A DNA stretch of 30,103 nucleotides from Promethearchaeota archaeon (lineage in GTDB: Archaea; Asgardarchaeota; Lokiarchaeia; Sigyniarchaeales; SOKP01): assembly GCA_019057795.1 (NCBI GenBank), contig JAHLWS010000059.1, forward strand, positions 1-30,103. The letters are read 5' to 3'. The notes below the pieces were generated by a model, which saw only the letters and a list, made by a program, of their open reading frames with translations, did not search any database and had not been told where the DNA came from. Positions 1 through 8,766 of the stretch are shown one piece after another. The translations under genes were made by a program, and so were the position numbers. Position 1 is the first letter of the stretch; every line of letters begins with the position of its first letter.

Positions 1-560
1 GAATTGTAATGCCGGGGATGAGATATTATCAGTGGCGATCTCGTCAGATGGTAATTACATCGTAGCAGGAGGGTCTGACGATAAAATTTATCTATTTGAT
101 AAATCAAGTCCATTACCGTTATGGAATTATAATGCCGGGGATGAGATATTATCAGTGGCGATCTCGTCAGATGGTAATTACATCGTAGCAGGAGGATCTG
201 ACGATAAAATTTATCTATTTGATAAATCAAGTTCAACACCGTTATGGAATTATGATACCGGCGATGAGATATTATCAGTGGCGATCTCGTCAGATGGTAA
301 TTACATCGTAGCTGGAAGCCAAGATAATAAAATTTATTTATTTAATAAGACCAATTCGGTGCCTATGTGGAATTATTCGACACAAAATATTGTTAAATCT
401 GTATCAATCTCGTCTGATGGTAATTACATCGTGGCTGGAAGCAAAGATAATAAAGTATATTTATTTAATAAATTAGATCCTATTCCTTTATGGGTGCAAT
501 TAACCGGAGGGGAAGTAGGTTCGGTATCGATCTCATCTGATGGGAAGTACATAGCAAGTA
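1..560 (+). repeat. Intragenic tandem repeat with 123-bp unit (about 4.5 copies visible)
   Basis: Units begin at 1, 124 and 247 with GAATT(G/A)T. The block GATGAGATATTATCAGTGGCGATCTCGTCAGATGGTAATTACATCGTAGC is identical in the first three units; units 4-5 are more diverged. Confidence 0.95.
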
Positions 561-1279
561 TATCTGATTGGAAAATAGTTTTTATTTATGTTTATTCATC
601 AAATGAATTAATATTCTTTTCTGATTCAGGTAACCTTGATAAAGATGGAAGCTTTGAATTAATTTGGGTTCCTTTTAAAGGAGCAGATAATTACTCTATC
701 TATTATTATCATAGTCTTATAACAAAAATAAATTCAAGTATTACATTATTAGAAAGTGGTATCAAAACAAATCATTACTTTGTTCATGGACTTATTGAGG
801 GGGATTATTATTTTATAATCATTGCATATAATTCTTCTGGAAGTTATTTTTCTAACAATGTTTATGTTGAAATTAGAGTGGATACACATTATAATGATTT
901 TATTTATCAAATAATTCTTTTAATTTTATTCTTTAGTATTATCTCAATATTTTTTTTTGGTGTAGTCTATGTGGCTAAAAGAAAATCCAGATATTATCAG
1001 TTTGAGTCATTTAAAGTGAGTTCATCATCTATTATGGACGATTTATTAGCTGAAATGCCTGAATTTAGAGCTTATCTCAATTCAAATATAAGTTGTAAGA
1101 AGATTCCTCTAATCAAGGAAATTCCTTTAACCTTTCTTAGCCCCGAAGAATTAAACAAAATCGATTTAATCGATCTATCAATTGAAGAAAAAAAACTTTT
1201 TATCAAAGAAATTTTAAGTCTTGATATCGAGGAAAGAAAAAAATTAATTGATGAAATATTAGACACAGGAAATAAATAA
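2..1279 (+). CDS. WD40/beta-propeller repeat surface protein with FN3-like domain, one C-terminal TM helix and cytoplasmic tail (5' truncated by window edge)
   Basis: The frame is open from position 2 (NCNAGDEILSVAISSDG...). It has 41-aa repeats SVAISSDGNYIVAGxxDxKIYLF...PLWNY, an FN3-like segment (LIWVP...NYSIYY...GLIEGDYYFIIIAYN), a hydrophobic helix (IILLILFFSIISIFFFGVVYVA) followed by KRK, and a charged helical tail. Confidence 0.85.
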   Translation, partial: NCNAGDEILSVAISSDGNYIVAGGSDDKIYLFDKSSPLPLWNYNAGDEILSVAISSDGNYIVAGGSDDKIYLFDKSSSTPLWNYDTGDEILSVAISSDGNYIVAGSQDNKIYLFNKTNSVPMWNYSTQNIVKSVSISSDGNYIVAGSKDNKVYLFNKLDPIPLWVQLTGGEVGSVSISSDGKYIASISDWKIVFIYVYSSNELIFFSDSGNLDKDGSFELIWVPFKGADNYSIYYYHSLITKINSSITLLESGIKTNHYFVHGLIEGDYYFIIIAYNSSGSYFSNNVYVEIRVDTHYNDFIYQIILLILFFSIISIFFFGVVYVAKRKSRYYQFESFKVSSSSIMDDLLAEMPEFRAYLNSNISCKKIPLIKEIPLTFLSPEELNKIDLIDLSIEEKKLFIKEILSLDIEERKKLIDEILDTGNK

Positions 1280-1312
1280 CTGCGATAAAAGTTTAACTAA
1301 TAAATTCAGCTA

Positions 1313-1480
1313 TTGTTTGATAATTGGATTGGTGTTCAGACCATTAATAAGAAATCTGATGTACTTTATAAACTATTATCAAATTTGTTTGATGCTGAAA
1401 AACCATCCTCTGAGAGTATTGAAAAATATTTAGAGGAAAAAATAAAATTTTGGATAAAAAAATTAATGGTAAAAAATTAA
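1313..1480 (+). pseudogene. Small 55-codon ORF or 3' gene remnant, not in the ORF track
   Basis: Manual translation from TTG: LFDNWIGVQTINKKSDVLYKLLSNLFDAEKPSSESIEKYLEEKIKFWIKKLMVKN*. Composition is protein-like, but there is no clear RBS. Confidence 0.3.
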
Positions 1481-1551
1481 GAAGAAAGATAAAAAAACTA
1501 TTTATTTAAATATATCTCCAAATATACTTAAAAAGTCTGGAAACACTGTTT

Positions 1552-3027
1552 TTAAATATATAATTTGAAATTATCTATAATTTCGTTATTTAAATTGAAA
1601 GTTTGAACATATGAACTATTTCCGGTAACCTCCCATACCATATAATGGTATAACGAAGCGGAAAAGTTTAATGGATGTCGAGTGCAACGTTCTGATAAAT
1701 CCGCACCGCCTCCACCTGAAACAATATGCGTCCAATTTAATATACTATCATGATATCTCTGATAATTATGCTCATGACCCGTTAAAGATACAGATACATT
1801 ATATTTCTTAATAGTTTCCATGATCATAGTTGTTATATTTGAGGAAGGTTGTCCACATCCATAATAAGGATGATGGTTTACCAGAAAAGCCCAATCATAA
1901 TTTTTTCTATAACTTTCAAGAGTTTCATTTATCCATGCTACTTGGCTAGGCTTCAAAGTCCCATACTGGCCAGTATTATACACAATAAACATACAATTTC
2001 CCACAGTAAACCAATAGTTCAATTCATCACCGGAACTATTATTATAAGTCCAATACTTATGCATATTTGCTGCCTCGTGAGGGCCCCCTTCTTCATTTCC
2101 TTGATAAAATTCGTGATTCCCACAAGCGATCATATATGCTCTATATGGCGCTAGGCATGAAATCTCTCGATGAAACTGATTCCAATTGTAATCAACTCCA
2201 CCACTTAACACAACGTCTCCAACATTTAGAGTAAAGTTAAAATCAAATTCTCCATCTGATCTAATCTGATTTTCGATTATTTTTTTTAAGATTGCGGTAT
2301 GAAAACAAGAATCTTTAAATGGACCTGCAAGTATGTGTGTATCATATCGATTATCGCCATATAAAATAAATCTTACTGTTTTAGTTTGAGAGGGATGTGC
2401 CATAGTTCTAAAATTATAAATTTTATTAATCCCATTTACTCTGTAAAAATATTTTGTATTAGGTTGTAAATTATTTAAAAAGATTGTATGATTTTTTTCG
2501 TTTTTACCCGTCCCAGCTGTGATTTTTGTTCCTAAAGAAACATTTATTAATCCATATTCTATATATGATTCAATGGGTTGATTAGATTCCCAAGAAATAC
2601 AAATGGATGTGGAAGTATTACCAACCCATGTTAAATATGGTGCTTTTTCTCGATCATTCGTTAATTCAACAAGGAAAGGTAATGAAGTTAAATACCAAGA
2701 AGAAAAAATAATATTAGTAATAATTAAGAAAACACATAAACCGCCTGAAAAGCCTTTTCCAGCGTAATCGAGGGCTTTAATTATGTTTTTCTTATATTCT
2801 GGAAATTTATATTTAAGAACTAAGCCAATTTGTAAACCAATTATTAGATGCCCTATAATTATTATATTTGCTCCCAATGTATAAGCATCATCAACACCAT
2901 ATTCTATAATCAACCCTATGACACTAAAACCAAAAATTTGCGTAGCGATTAGAAGAACGACCCAAAAGGAAGCCAAACCGGCGATTAATATCCCCAAATA
3001 AACCTTTATTTTATTAATTTTTCTCAT
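1552..3027 (-). CDS. Membrane-anchored metallophosphoesterase (purple acid phosphatase-like, FN3-type N domain plus calcineurin-like domain)
   Basis: Three N-terminal hydrophobic helices, then an FN3-like segment (ISWES...LNNLQPNTKYFYRV), then motifs YGDNR, GDVV, GNHE, NHHP and GHEHNYQR. ATG at 3027 preferred over TTG at 3036. Confidence 0.9.
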   Translation of the reverse strand: MRKINKIKVYLGILIAGLASFWVVLLIATQIFGFSVIGLIIEYGVDDAYTLGANIIIIGHLIIGLQIGLVLKYKFPEYKKNIIKALDYAGKGFSGGLCVFLIITNIIFSSWYLTSLPFLVELTNDREKAPYLTWVGNTSTSICISWESNQPIESYIEYGLINVSLGTKITAGTGKNEKNHTIFLNNLQPNTKYFYRVNGINKIYNFRTMAHPSQTKTVRFILYGDNRYDTHILAGPFKDSCFHTAILKKIIENQIRSDGEFDFNFTLNVGDVVLSGGVDYNWNQFHREISCLAPYRAYMIACGNHEFYQGNEEGGPHEAANMHKYWTYNNSSGDELNYWFTVGNCMFIVYNTGQYGTLKPSQVAWINETLESYRKNYDWAFLVNHHPYYGCGQPSSNITTMIMETIKKYNVSVSLTGHEHNYQRYHDSILNWTHIVSGGGGADLSERCTRHPLNFSASLYHYMVWEVTGNSSYVQTFNLNNEIIDNFKLYI

Positions 3028-3178
3028 TTTACTCAATTATTTTTTAATGGTCTTAGATTTAAATTTTTAATAATATTACTAAACAAATTATCCAACTCTC
3101 AAATTTATTCTTAACCGATTTCAAATTAAAGCTTACTCTTTTTTAAACATTAGGCTTATATAGTCAAAAAGTAAATTG

Positions 3179-3252
3179 TTAAAAATTATAAATAAGTAGG
3201 TCATATTTATAATAACAATTTATAATTAAAATCACAAACGATCAGAAATTAA
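3179..3252 (+). promoter_or_regulatory. Putative archaeal promoter/leader of GTPase 1
   Basis: TTAAAAATTATAAATA (TATA-like) at 3179-3194 and leader AATCACAAACGATCAGAA, both conserved at the same offset upstream of the paralog. Confidence 0.6.
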
Positions 3253-3822
3253 ATGAGTAATAACGAGAGGAAAGAAGGAAATTTAGTTTTTCAAGGGCGA
3301 ACTGAATCGATATTTAAAGTGATTGTTATTGGCGATCCCGCCGTGGGGAAGACTAGCCTTCTTACAAAATTCGCTAAAAACCAATTTGAGGAAAAATATT
3401 TGCCAACCGTAGGTGTTAATATTGTCAAAGAACCCATTGAATTGAAGGAGATGAATGCCACAATTAACTTGATGTTTTGGGATGTGGCGGGACAACCGCA
3501 ATTTTATATGTTGCATCGTCCCTACTTTAACGGGGCGGATGGTATGCTTCTAGTATTTGATATAACGCGGTCAAGTACTTTCTCTAATATTAATAATTGG
3601 TACAATTCTGCCGTTAAATATGGGCTTAGTGGCGTCCCGCGAATCTTAATAGGCAATAAAGTAGATTTAAAAGACGAGCGTAAAATCATATTACCCATGG
3701 CAGAGCATCTAAGCGAAAAACTCAACGCGCCTTATTTCGAAACCTCAGCTCTTACTGGGGATACCGTAAAAGAAGTATTTCAAAAAATAGCAGAATTAGT
3801 TTTCAAGTACAAAGAGAATTAG
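3253..3822 (+). CDS. Rab-like Ras-superfamily small GTPase
   Basis: G1 GDPAVGKTS, G2 PTVG, G3 WDVAGQ, G4 NKVD, G5 ETSAL; no C-terminal Cys prenylation motif. Confidence 0.95.
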   Translation: MSNNERKEGNLVFQGRTESIFKVIVIGDPAVGKTSLLTKFAKNQFEEKYLPTVGVNIVKEPIELKEMNATINLMFWDVAGQPQFYMLHRPYFNGADGMLLVFDITRSSTFSNINNWYNSAVKYGLSGVPRILIGNKVDLKDERKIILPMAEHLSEKLNAPYFETSALTGDTVKEVFQKIAELVFKYKEN

Positions 3823-3926
3823 AAATAAAATAATTTTATGCGTTAGTTTTGTAATTTTCAAATCGTTTTCTATAAGCAATCTAAATTTCTTTGAAGGGTT
3901 TCAAACTTAAACTTAAATAATTTTTA

Positions 3927-4000
3927 TTAAAAATTATAAATATGTACTTTATACTTATTATAAATATTCAAAATTAGAATCACAAAGGATCAGAATTCAA
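3927..4000 (+). promoter_or_regulatory. Putative archaeal promoter/leader of GTPase 2 (duplicated copy)
   Basis: TTAAAAATTATAAATA at 3927-3942, identical to 3179-3194 and 748 bp downstream; leader AATCACAAAGGATCAGAA. Confidence 0.6.
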
Positions 4001-4570
4001 ATGAGTAAAAACAAGCGAGAAGAAGGAGGATTATTTTTTGAGGGGAGGACTGAATCAATATTTAAAGTAATTGTTATTGGTGACCCTTCTGTTGGGAAAA
4101 CCAGCCTTCTTACAAAATTCGCTAAAAATAAGTTTGAGGAGGTTTATTTGCCCACAGTTGGTGTTAATATTGTGAAAGAACCAATTGAATTGAAGGAATA
4201 TAACGCCACAATTAACTTAATGTTTTGGGAGGTCGCGGGACAACCACAGTTCTATATGTTACATCGCCCCTACTTTAATGGAGCTGATGGTATACTTCTA
4301 GTATTTGACATGACACGGTCTAGCACTTTTTCCAATGTTACTAATTGGTACGCTTCAGCTGAAAAATTTGGGCTCAGTAACATCCCTCGAATCTTAATAG
4401 GGAATAAAGTAGATTTAAAAAACGAGCGTAAAATTATATTGCCCATGGCAGAGCACCTAAGCGAAAAGCTCAACGCTCCTTATTACGAGACTTCAGCTCT
4501 AACTGGTGAAATCGTTAAAGAAGTATTCCACAAAATCGCGGAACTTGTCTACAAGAACAAAGTGAATTAA
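4001..4570 (+). CDS. Rab-like small GTPase, tandem paralog with G3 Asp-to-Glu change
   Basis: Same length (189 aa) and mostly identical to 3253..3822; GDPSVGKTS, WEVAGQ, NKVD, ETSAL. Confidence 0.95.
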   Translation: MSKNKREEGGLFFEGRTESIFKVIVIGDPSVGKTSLLTKFAKNKFEEVYLPTVGVNIVKEPIELKEYNATINLMFWEVAGQPQFYMLHRPYFNGADGILLVFDMTRSSTFSNVTNWYASAEKFGLSNIPRILIGNKVDLKNERKIILPMAEHLSEKLNAPYYETSALTGEIVKEVFHKIAELVYKNKVN

Positions 4571-4628
4571 TAATGAATTAATTTTTTTATCTCAACTCAT
4601 CTTCTATTATATTTTGATAGAGGAATTC

Positions 4629-5168
4629 TTAGTTTAATAAAAAAGTCTTTTTAACTTCAAATTCCGATAGTTTCTGTTTCTCTCTTGTGATAAAATAAAT
4701 TGAATTTATCGTGAATTTTAATTGATTCCAATTTCTTTGAAGAGTTTCTATAACCTCTATTAGTCTTTTTTTCCCTTCAATTTGTCCTAAGCTTAAATGT
4801 GGAGTAAAACCGTTTTTCTGTAAATTTACATTATCGCAGTCTGGAACAATTGCCAAAAGTTTATACTGGAGATCAATAATTAAGGATTCAGGCTCGGGAG
4901 CCAACCAAATGGTATATTTCTGTTTTCCATGATTGAAATATTTAAACTTACTAAACGTAATGTCAAACGATTTTATTTTTTTGCATATCGTTGAGAACAG
5001 ACTCTCTAAAGTATTATATTCGGATTCAAGTCGAAAAGGATATAGTAAAGTGATGTGAGGTATCCATCTACGAATTTGTTTATCGTAAATCCTCCGAATT
5101 TCTTGAATTGGATCCCATATTTCTTTTGGAGGGATGATGACTGCTGCCGATGAATTAATTTTAGTCAT
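4629..5168 (-). CDS. 2H phosphoesterase (2'-5' RNA ligase/LigT-like family)
   Basis: Two Hx(T/S) motifs: PHITL and PHLSL. Confidence 0.85.
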   Translation of the reverse strand: MTKINSSAAVIIPPKEIWDPIQEIRRIYDKQIRRWIPHITLLYPFRLESEYNTLESLFSTICKKIKSFDITFSKFKYFNHGKQKYTIWLAPEPESLIIDLQYKLLAIVPDCDNVNLQKNGFTPHLSLGQIEGKKRLIEVIETLQRNWNQLKFTINSIYFITREKQKLSEFEVKKTFLLN

Positions 5169-5239
5169 AAATTAATGTTAATATAAACATGGGGATATAA
5201 AAGGTTTTTATTTGATAATCTTTTTTAAGTTAATTAACT

Positions 5240-5746
5240 ATGAATATTAAACAAAGGCACTTCATACAAAAATCGCAGATAAAAGAGCTACAAGAAGACA
5301 TTTTGAAGCGTTACGACGAGAAATTCCTGAACCAAATTTTTCCTAAAAAAGCTCGAGTTGAGGTTATCCAAACGGATGCCGGAGACACCTTGTACGCCAT
5401 AAATAACGTGTTAAAACTCTGGAAATCTAAAGACGGATATATCCCTGTTTTAACTCTACTTCTTAGCAAACAGGTCGATTTGAAAAAAATTGCTGTTGAT
5501 AAGGGAGCTATTCGTTATGTCGCGAATGGAGCAGATATCATGCGTCCTGGAATAACAAAAATCGATCAATCTATAAAGAAAGACGAGATTGTTGTAGTTG
5601 TAGATGAAACCCATGATCGAGCTTTAGCAATTTGTAAAGCCATATACAACGCCCAGAGTATGGAAGAAATGAAATCTGGGAAAGCTTTATTCAACCTTCA
5701 CACGATACAAGACAGTGTTTGGAAATTTGAAAAGGAATTTAAATAA
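5240..5746 (+). CDS. PUA-domain RNA-binding protein (archaeal MCT-1/Tma20 homolog, DUF1947 plus PUA)
   Basis: VDKGAIRYVANGADIMRPGI signature, IP.LxLL pre-PUA segment, and C-terminal GKA..NLH.IxDxVW. Confidence 0.9.
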   Translation: MNIKQRHFIQKSQIKELQEDILKRYDEKFLNQIFPKKARVEVIQTDAGDTLYAINNVLKLWKSKDGYIPVLTLLLSKQVDLKKIAVDKGAIRYVANGADIMRPGITKIDQSIKKDEIVVVVDETHDRALAICKAIYNAQSMEEMKSGKALFNLHTIQDSVWKFEKEFK

Positions 5747-6029
5747 ATTCTTTTTTTAAAACAGTTATTAATTCTTCTTTTTCATCAAATGGCGCGTTGA
5801 CAAAATAATTACGCTCAAGTTCACAGGGAGTCATATTATAATGATTGAAGAGTAGCATAATCATTCTAAGTGCGTTTTCCATGAATCCGTTGTTGTCTTG
5901 TCCGTCCGTGATCTTCATTAAATCGATTATTGTACGCATTTTCCACATGGTTTTTTGGTTTCCGTCGTTCTTAGCCAGTAGAAAATCGTCAAAAATATTC
6001 ATATAGAAATCACATTCGCATGCTACCAT
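5739..6029 (-). CDS. Hypothetical protein
   Basis: 96-aa ATG ORF converging on the PUA gene with an 8-bp overlap; purine-rich GAGAGGT upstream on the minus strand. Confidence 0.65.
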   Translation of the reverse strand: MVACECDFYMNIFDDFLLAKNDGNQKTMWKMRTIIDLMKITDGQDNNGFMENALRMIMLLFNHYNMTPCELERNYFVNAPFDEKEELITVLKKEFI

Positions 6030-6574
6030 AATTAAGGAATACCTCTCTTAATCCTAATCTCCTTTTTTAACACTTAAGTAACATAATTCAATCGTATTTT
6101 TAAATAGTTTTTTTATTGAAGAATATCGTTGCTATATTACAAACTTGCAATGGGAAATTTTCAATCTATATACTCTCTTCGTTTACGAAGAGATAACGCC
6201 CAAAGAAGTATATTTCTAATTATAATCCTAAACCTTCTTTTTTTTTTAAAAACTACTCTCGGACTGCTCAGATGGTGGGTGTTAAAGCCTAAAAATCGGG
6301 AAAATTTGCAATGGAAATTGCCCTAAGGTATTTTTTTTTTAGTAAATGGTGCTTCCCTGTTTACTTTGCTATTTATATACTAATTTGGTGAATTTTTGAT
6401 CATAGTGTATTTGAATAATATGAATGAATTAAAATTCGCGTAATACGTGGATATAATACGCATAATACATCAAGCTATAATCGTACATAACTTATATTAT
6501 TTAGATACTACTTAAAGGGTCATTAGTAGCTATATCACGATGACTCGTGAGAAATATATCAAAATTAAGGTCGT

Positions 6575-6895
6575 GTGTGTGAAAAAATGAGTATGTACAG
6601 AAGTTTTCTATTAAAAAACGATTTCTGGGCTAAGAAAGGCAACGAAAAGGAAGGCAATGTAAAATCTGAAAAGGTCTTTATAAAACATGATTCAGAGATC
6701 GGCGGAATCTACGCTATTATTAATAATGACGAAAGAAAAGGCGTAAAAATCATAGCAAATGGAGAAGAGCATTGGTTTAATAACTTTGACAAGTTAGATA
6801 TGTTCCTTAGCCGATTAAAACAAAATGAAGACGATTTTATGAAGATTCTAAGAAGAAAAAACATTTCTCAAAGGTTAAGAACGCTGGAAATTTAA
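6575..6895 (+). CDS. Hypothetical protein
   Basis: 106-aa ORF with protein-like composition; start uncertain (GTG 6575 or downstream ATGs). Confidence 0.6.
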   Translation: MCEKMSMYRSFLLKNDFWAKKGNEKEGNVKSEKVFIKHDSEIGGIYAIINNDERKGVKIIANGEEHWFNNFDKLDMFLSRLKQNEDDFMKILRRKNISQRLRTLEI

Positions 6896-6995
6896 TTTGG
6901 TTTTTACAAATTATCATCTATTCTTTTTTCAATGGAATGAGATGAGTTTCTAAGCCATTTTATTGTTAGATTATATTTGTGAGATGTTCCTAGAT

Positions 6996-8609
6996 TTAAT
7001 CGTTGTAAATAGGTCGTAGTCCTGATTGAAAGTGGCGCAATCTTAAGTTAGCACCACGAGAAACTCTTACTTTCGGAATTTTTTCTCGATTGCGGTAAAG
7101 TTCGGTTACGGCTGCGACTGCGTAATCAATATGAGAAGTTCCATAGGTGTTTCTAGGTACCGCAAATCGAACTAAATTTAAGATACTTTTTCGTTGTTCT
7201 GGCGTTTTCTTATCCCACTCAAACGCAAAAGGTCCTAATTCACAGGCTCTAATTCCGTAGTGTCTTAAGAGTTCTATACTGAACCCAACGCCACCAAAAT
7301 CATCCACCTTCATTTCTGTCCCCTTAAAGAATTTATCCATATTAATATAGACCGCGTGACCGCCCGCAGGAAGCACAACAGGTACTCCATTTTCAGTTAG
7401 TTTTCGCGCAAATTCTCGAACTTGTCGTATTCTTTCAGTAAGGTAAGGCAATTTCACGATTTCATATAATCCAACCGCGAGTGCCATAATGTCGCGCCCG
7501 CTTAAACCCCCGTATGAGTCGTTTCCAAAAGTTAAAATTTGTTTTTCTTTCAATTTAGCTCCGATGTTCCCGTTATTTGAAAATTTCTGGAAAAAAATAC
7601 TTCTATCTCTAATAAATAAACCGCCCCCTATGTTAGCAAGTCCATCTTTTTTAAAACTTATAGTAAAACCATCAACGTAAGAAAACATCTCTTGAATTAT
7701 TTTTAAAATGCTAAGGTTATTATAACCTTCTTCAAATTCTTTAATGAAAAAAGCGTTCTCTGCGAATCTGCAAGCATCTAGAAAGAGCGGAATTCCATAG
7801 TGATGTGCGATTTCGTTAATTGTTTTAATGTTATTCATTGAAACGGGTTGACCTGCGGCAGTATTATTGGTAATAGTTAAATATATTAATGGGATGCTAT
7901 CAGCTCCCTTTTTTTGGATAAAAGATTCCAATTTTTCACTATCCATATTTCCCTTGAAAGGATTTTTAATATCCATTTGATCAGGAGGAAAGTCTTCCAA
8001 TAAGTTTGCTGAGAATAGGTTTATTGGATGGAGTCCATTTACAGCAATATTTGCTTCTGTTGTATCGAAGTGTCCGTTGTTGAGGATGAAGAATTCTTTA
8101 TTTGGGCTCTTTTGCTTCAGAATTGGAGAAATAGTGGAGAATAACAAATGTTCCGCACAACGACCTTGTGGTACTAAAAACGCGTTAGGGCGAGTCAGCT
8201 GATGGATTCCCCCGTTAACAAAACCTCCTTCGAACGATGTAAGATATAACTCGTCCATTAATTTTTTTATATTGTTTTCTCCAGAAAGAATTAAGTTTAT
8301 AGCGTTTTTTGGCTCATTTCCCCTTTCAAAAGTATCTCTAATAGCATCAAGAAGAACATAATATCCTTTGTTACGCCCATAAGATTCATCTCCGTGGAAA
8401 AGAGCAGCCCACTGTGTGTCCGTCATAGATGAACTTCCACTATCAGAGAGAAAATCTAAAACAAGCATATCTGCTGGAAAAGAAAACATACTGTATTCTG
8501 TCTTTTTCAAAGCAACTTCTCTCTGCTCTTTAGAAACTTCTTTGATATTCCTTACAATTAAAGCGCGTTTAGACGGAACTGGAACGTTTAATTCGTACAT
8601 AGATTTCAT
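6996..8609 (-). CDS. tnaA: Tryptophanase (PLP-dependent beta-eliminating lyase)
   Basis: DFLSDSG, GDESYG, QGRCAE, HFDTT, TITNNTAAGQPVS, DACRFAENA, PLP-lysine motif SFKKD, YGGLSGRD, GGHAV. FDTT and C-terminal LRHF match tryptophanase rather than tyrosine phenol-lyase (FTTT, LRFF). Confidence 0.85.
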   Translation of the reverse strand: MKSMYELNVPVPSKRALIVRNIKEVSKEQREVALKKTEYSMFSFPADMLVLDFLSDSGSSSMTDTQWAALFHGDESYGRNKGYYVLLDAIRDTFERGNEPKNAINLILSGENNIKKLMDELYLTSFEGGFVNGGIHQLTRPNAFLVPQGRCAEHLLFSTISPILKQKSPNKEFFILNNGHFDTTEANIAVNGLHPINLFSANLLEDFPPDQMDIKNPFKGNMDSEKLESFIQKKGADSIPLIYLTITNNTAAGQPVSMNNIKTINEIAHHYGIPLFLDACRFAENAFFIKEFEEGYNNLSILKIIQEMFSYVDGFTISFKKDGLANIGGGLFIRDRSIFFQKFSNNGNIGAKLKEKQILTFGNDSYGGLSGRDIMALAVGLYEIVKLPYLTERIRQVREFARKLTENGVPVVLPAGGHAVYINMDKFFKGTEMKVDDFGGVGFSIELLRHYGIRACELGPFAFEWDKKTPEQRKSILNLVRFAVPRNTYGTSHIDYAVAAVTELYRNREKIPKVRVSRGANLRLRHFQSGLRPIYND

Positions 8610-8766
8610 AATATCGCCATCAGAATTTTGTTTTAAAGTTATAATTTATTGTTAAAAATAGAAATCGTACAACAATACTTTTTAATAATTAATAGAAGGT
8701 ATAAAAATTTTATAATATCTTTTTTCTTTTTTCTTAAAACGGAAAGAAATTCAGAATGATTTTGGG

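Noticed and set aside
1-560. Repeats as a CRISPR array or DGR template/variable pair
   Set aside because: Units are 123 bp, in frame and lack unique spacers. Differences are not confined to adenines, and no cas or reverse transcriptase gene is in the window.
6129-6326. 65-aa ORF from the track
   Set aside because: TTG start, low-complexity poly-T content and no family features; probably a chance ORF in a regulatory spacer.
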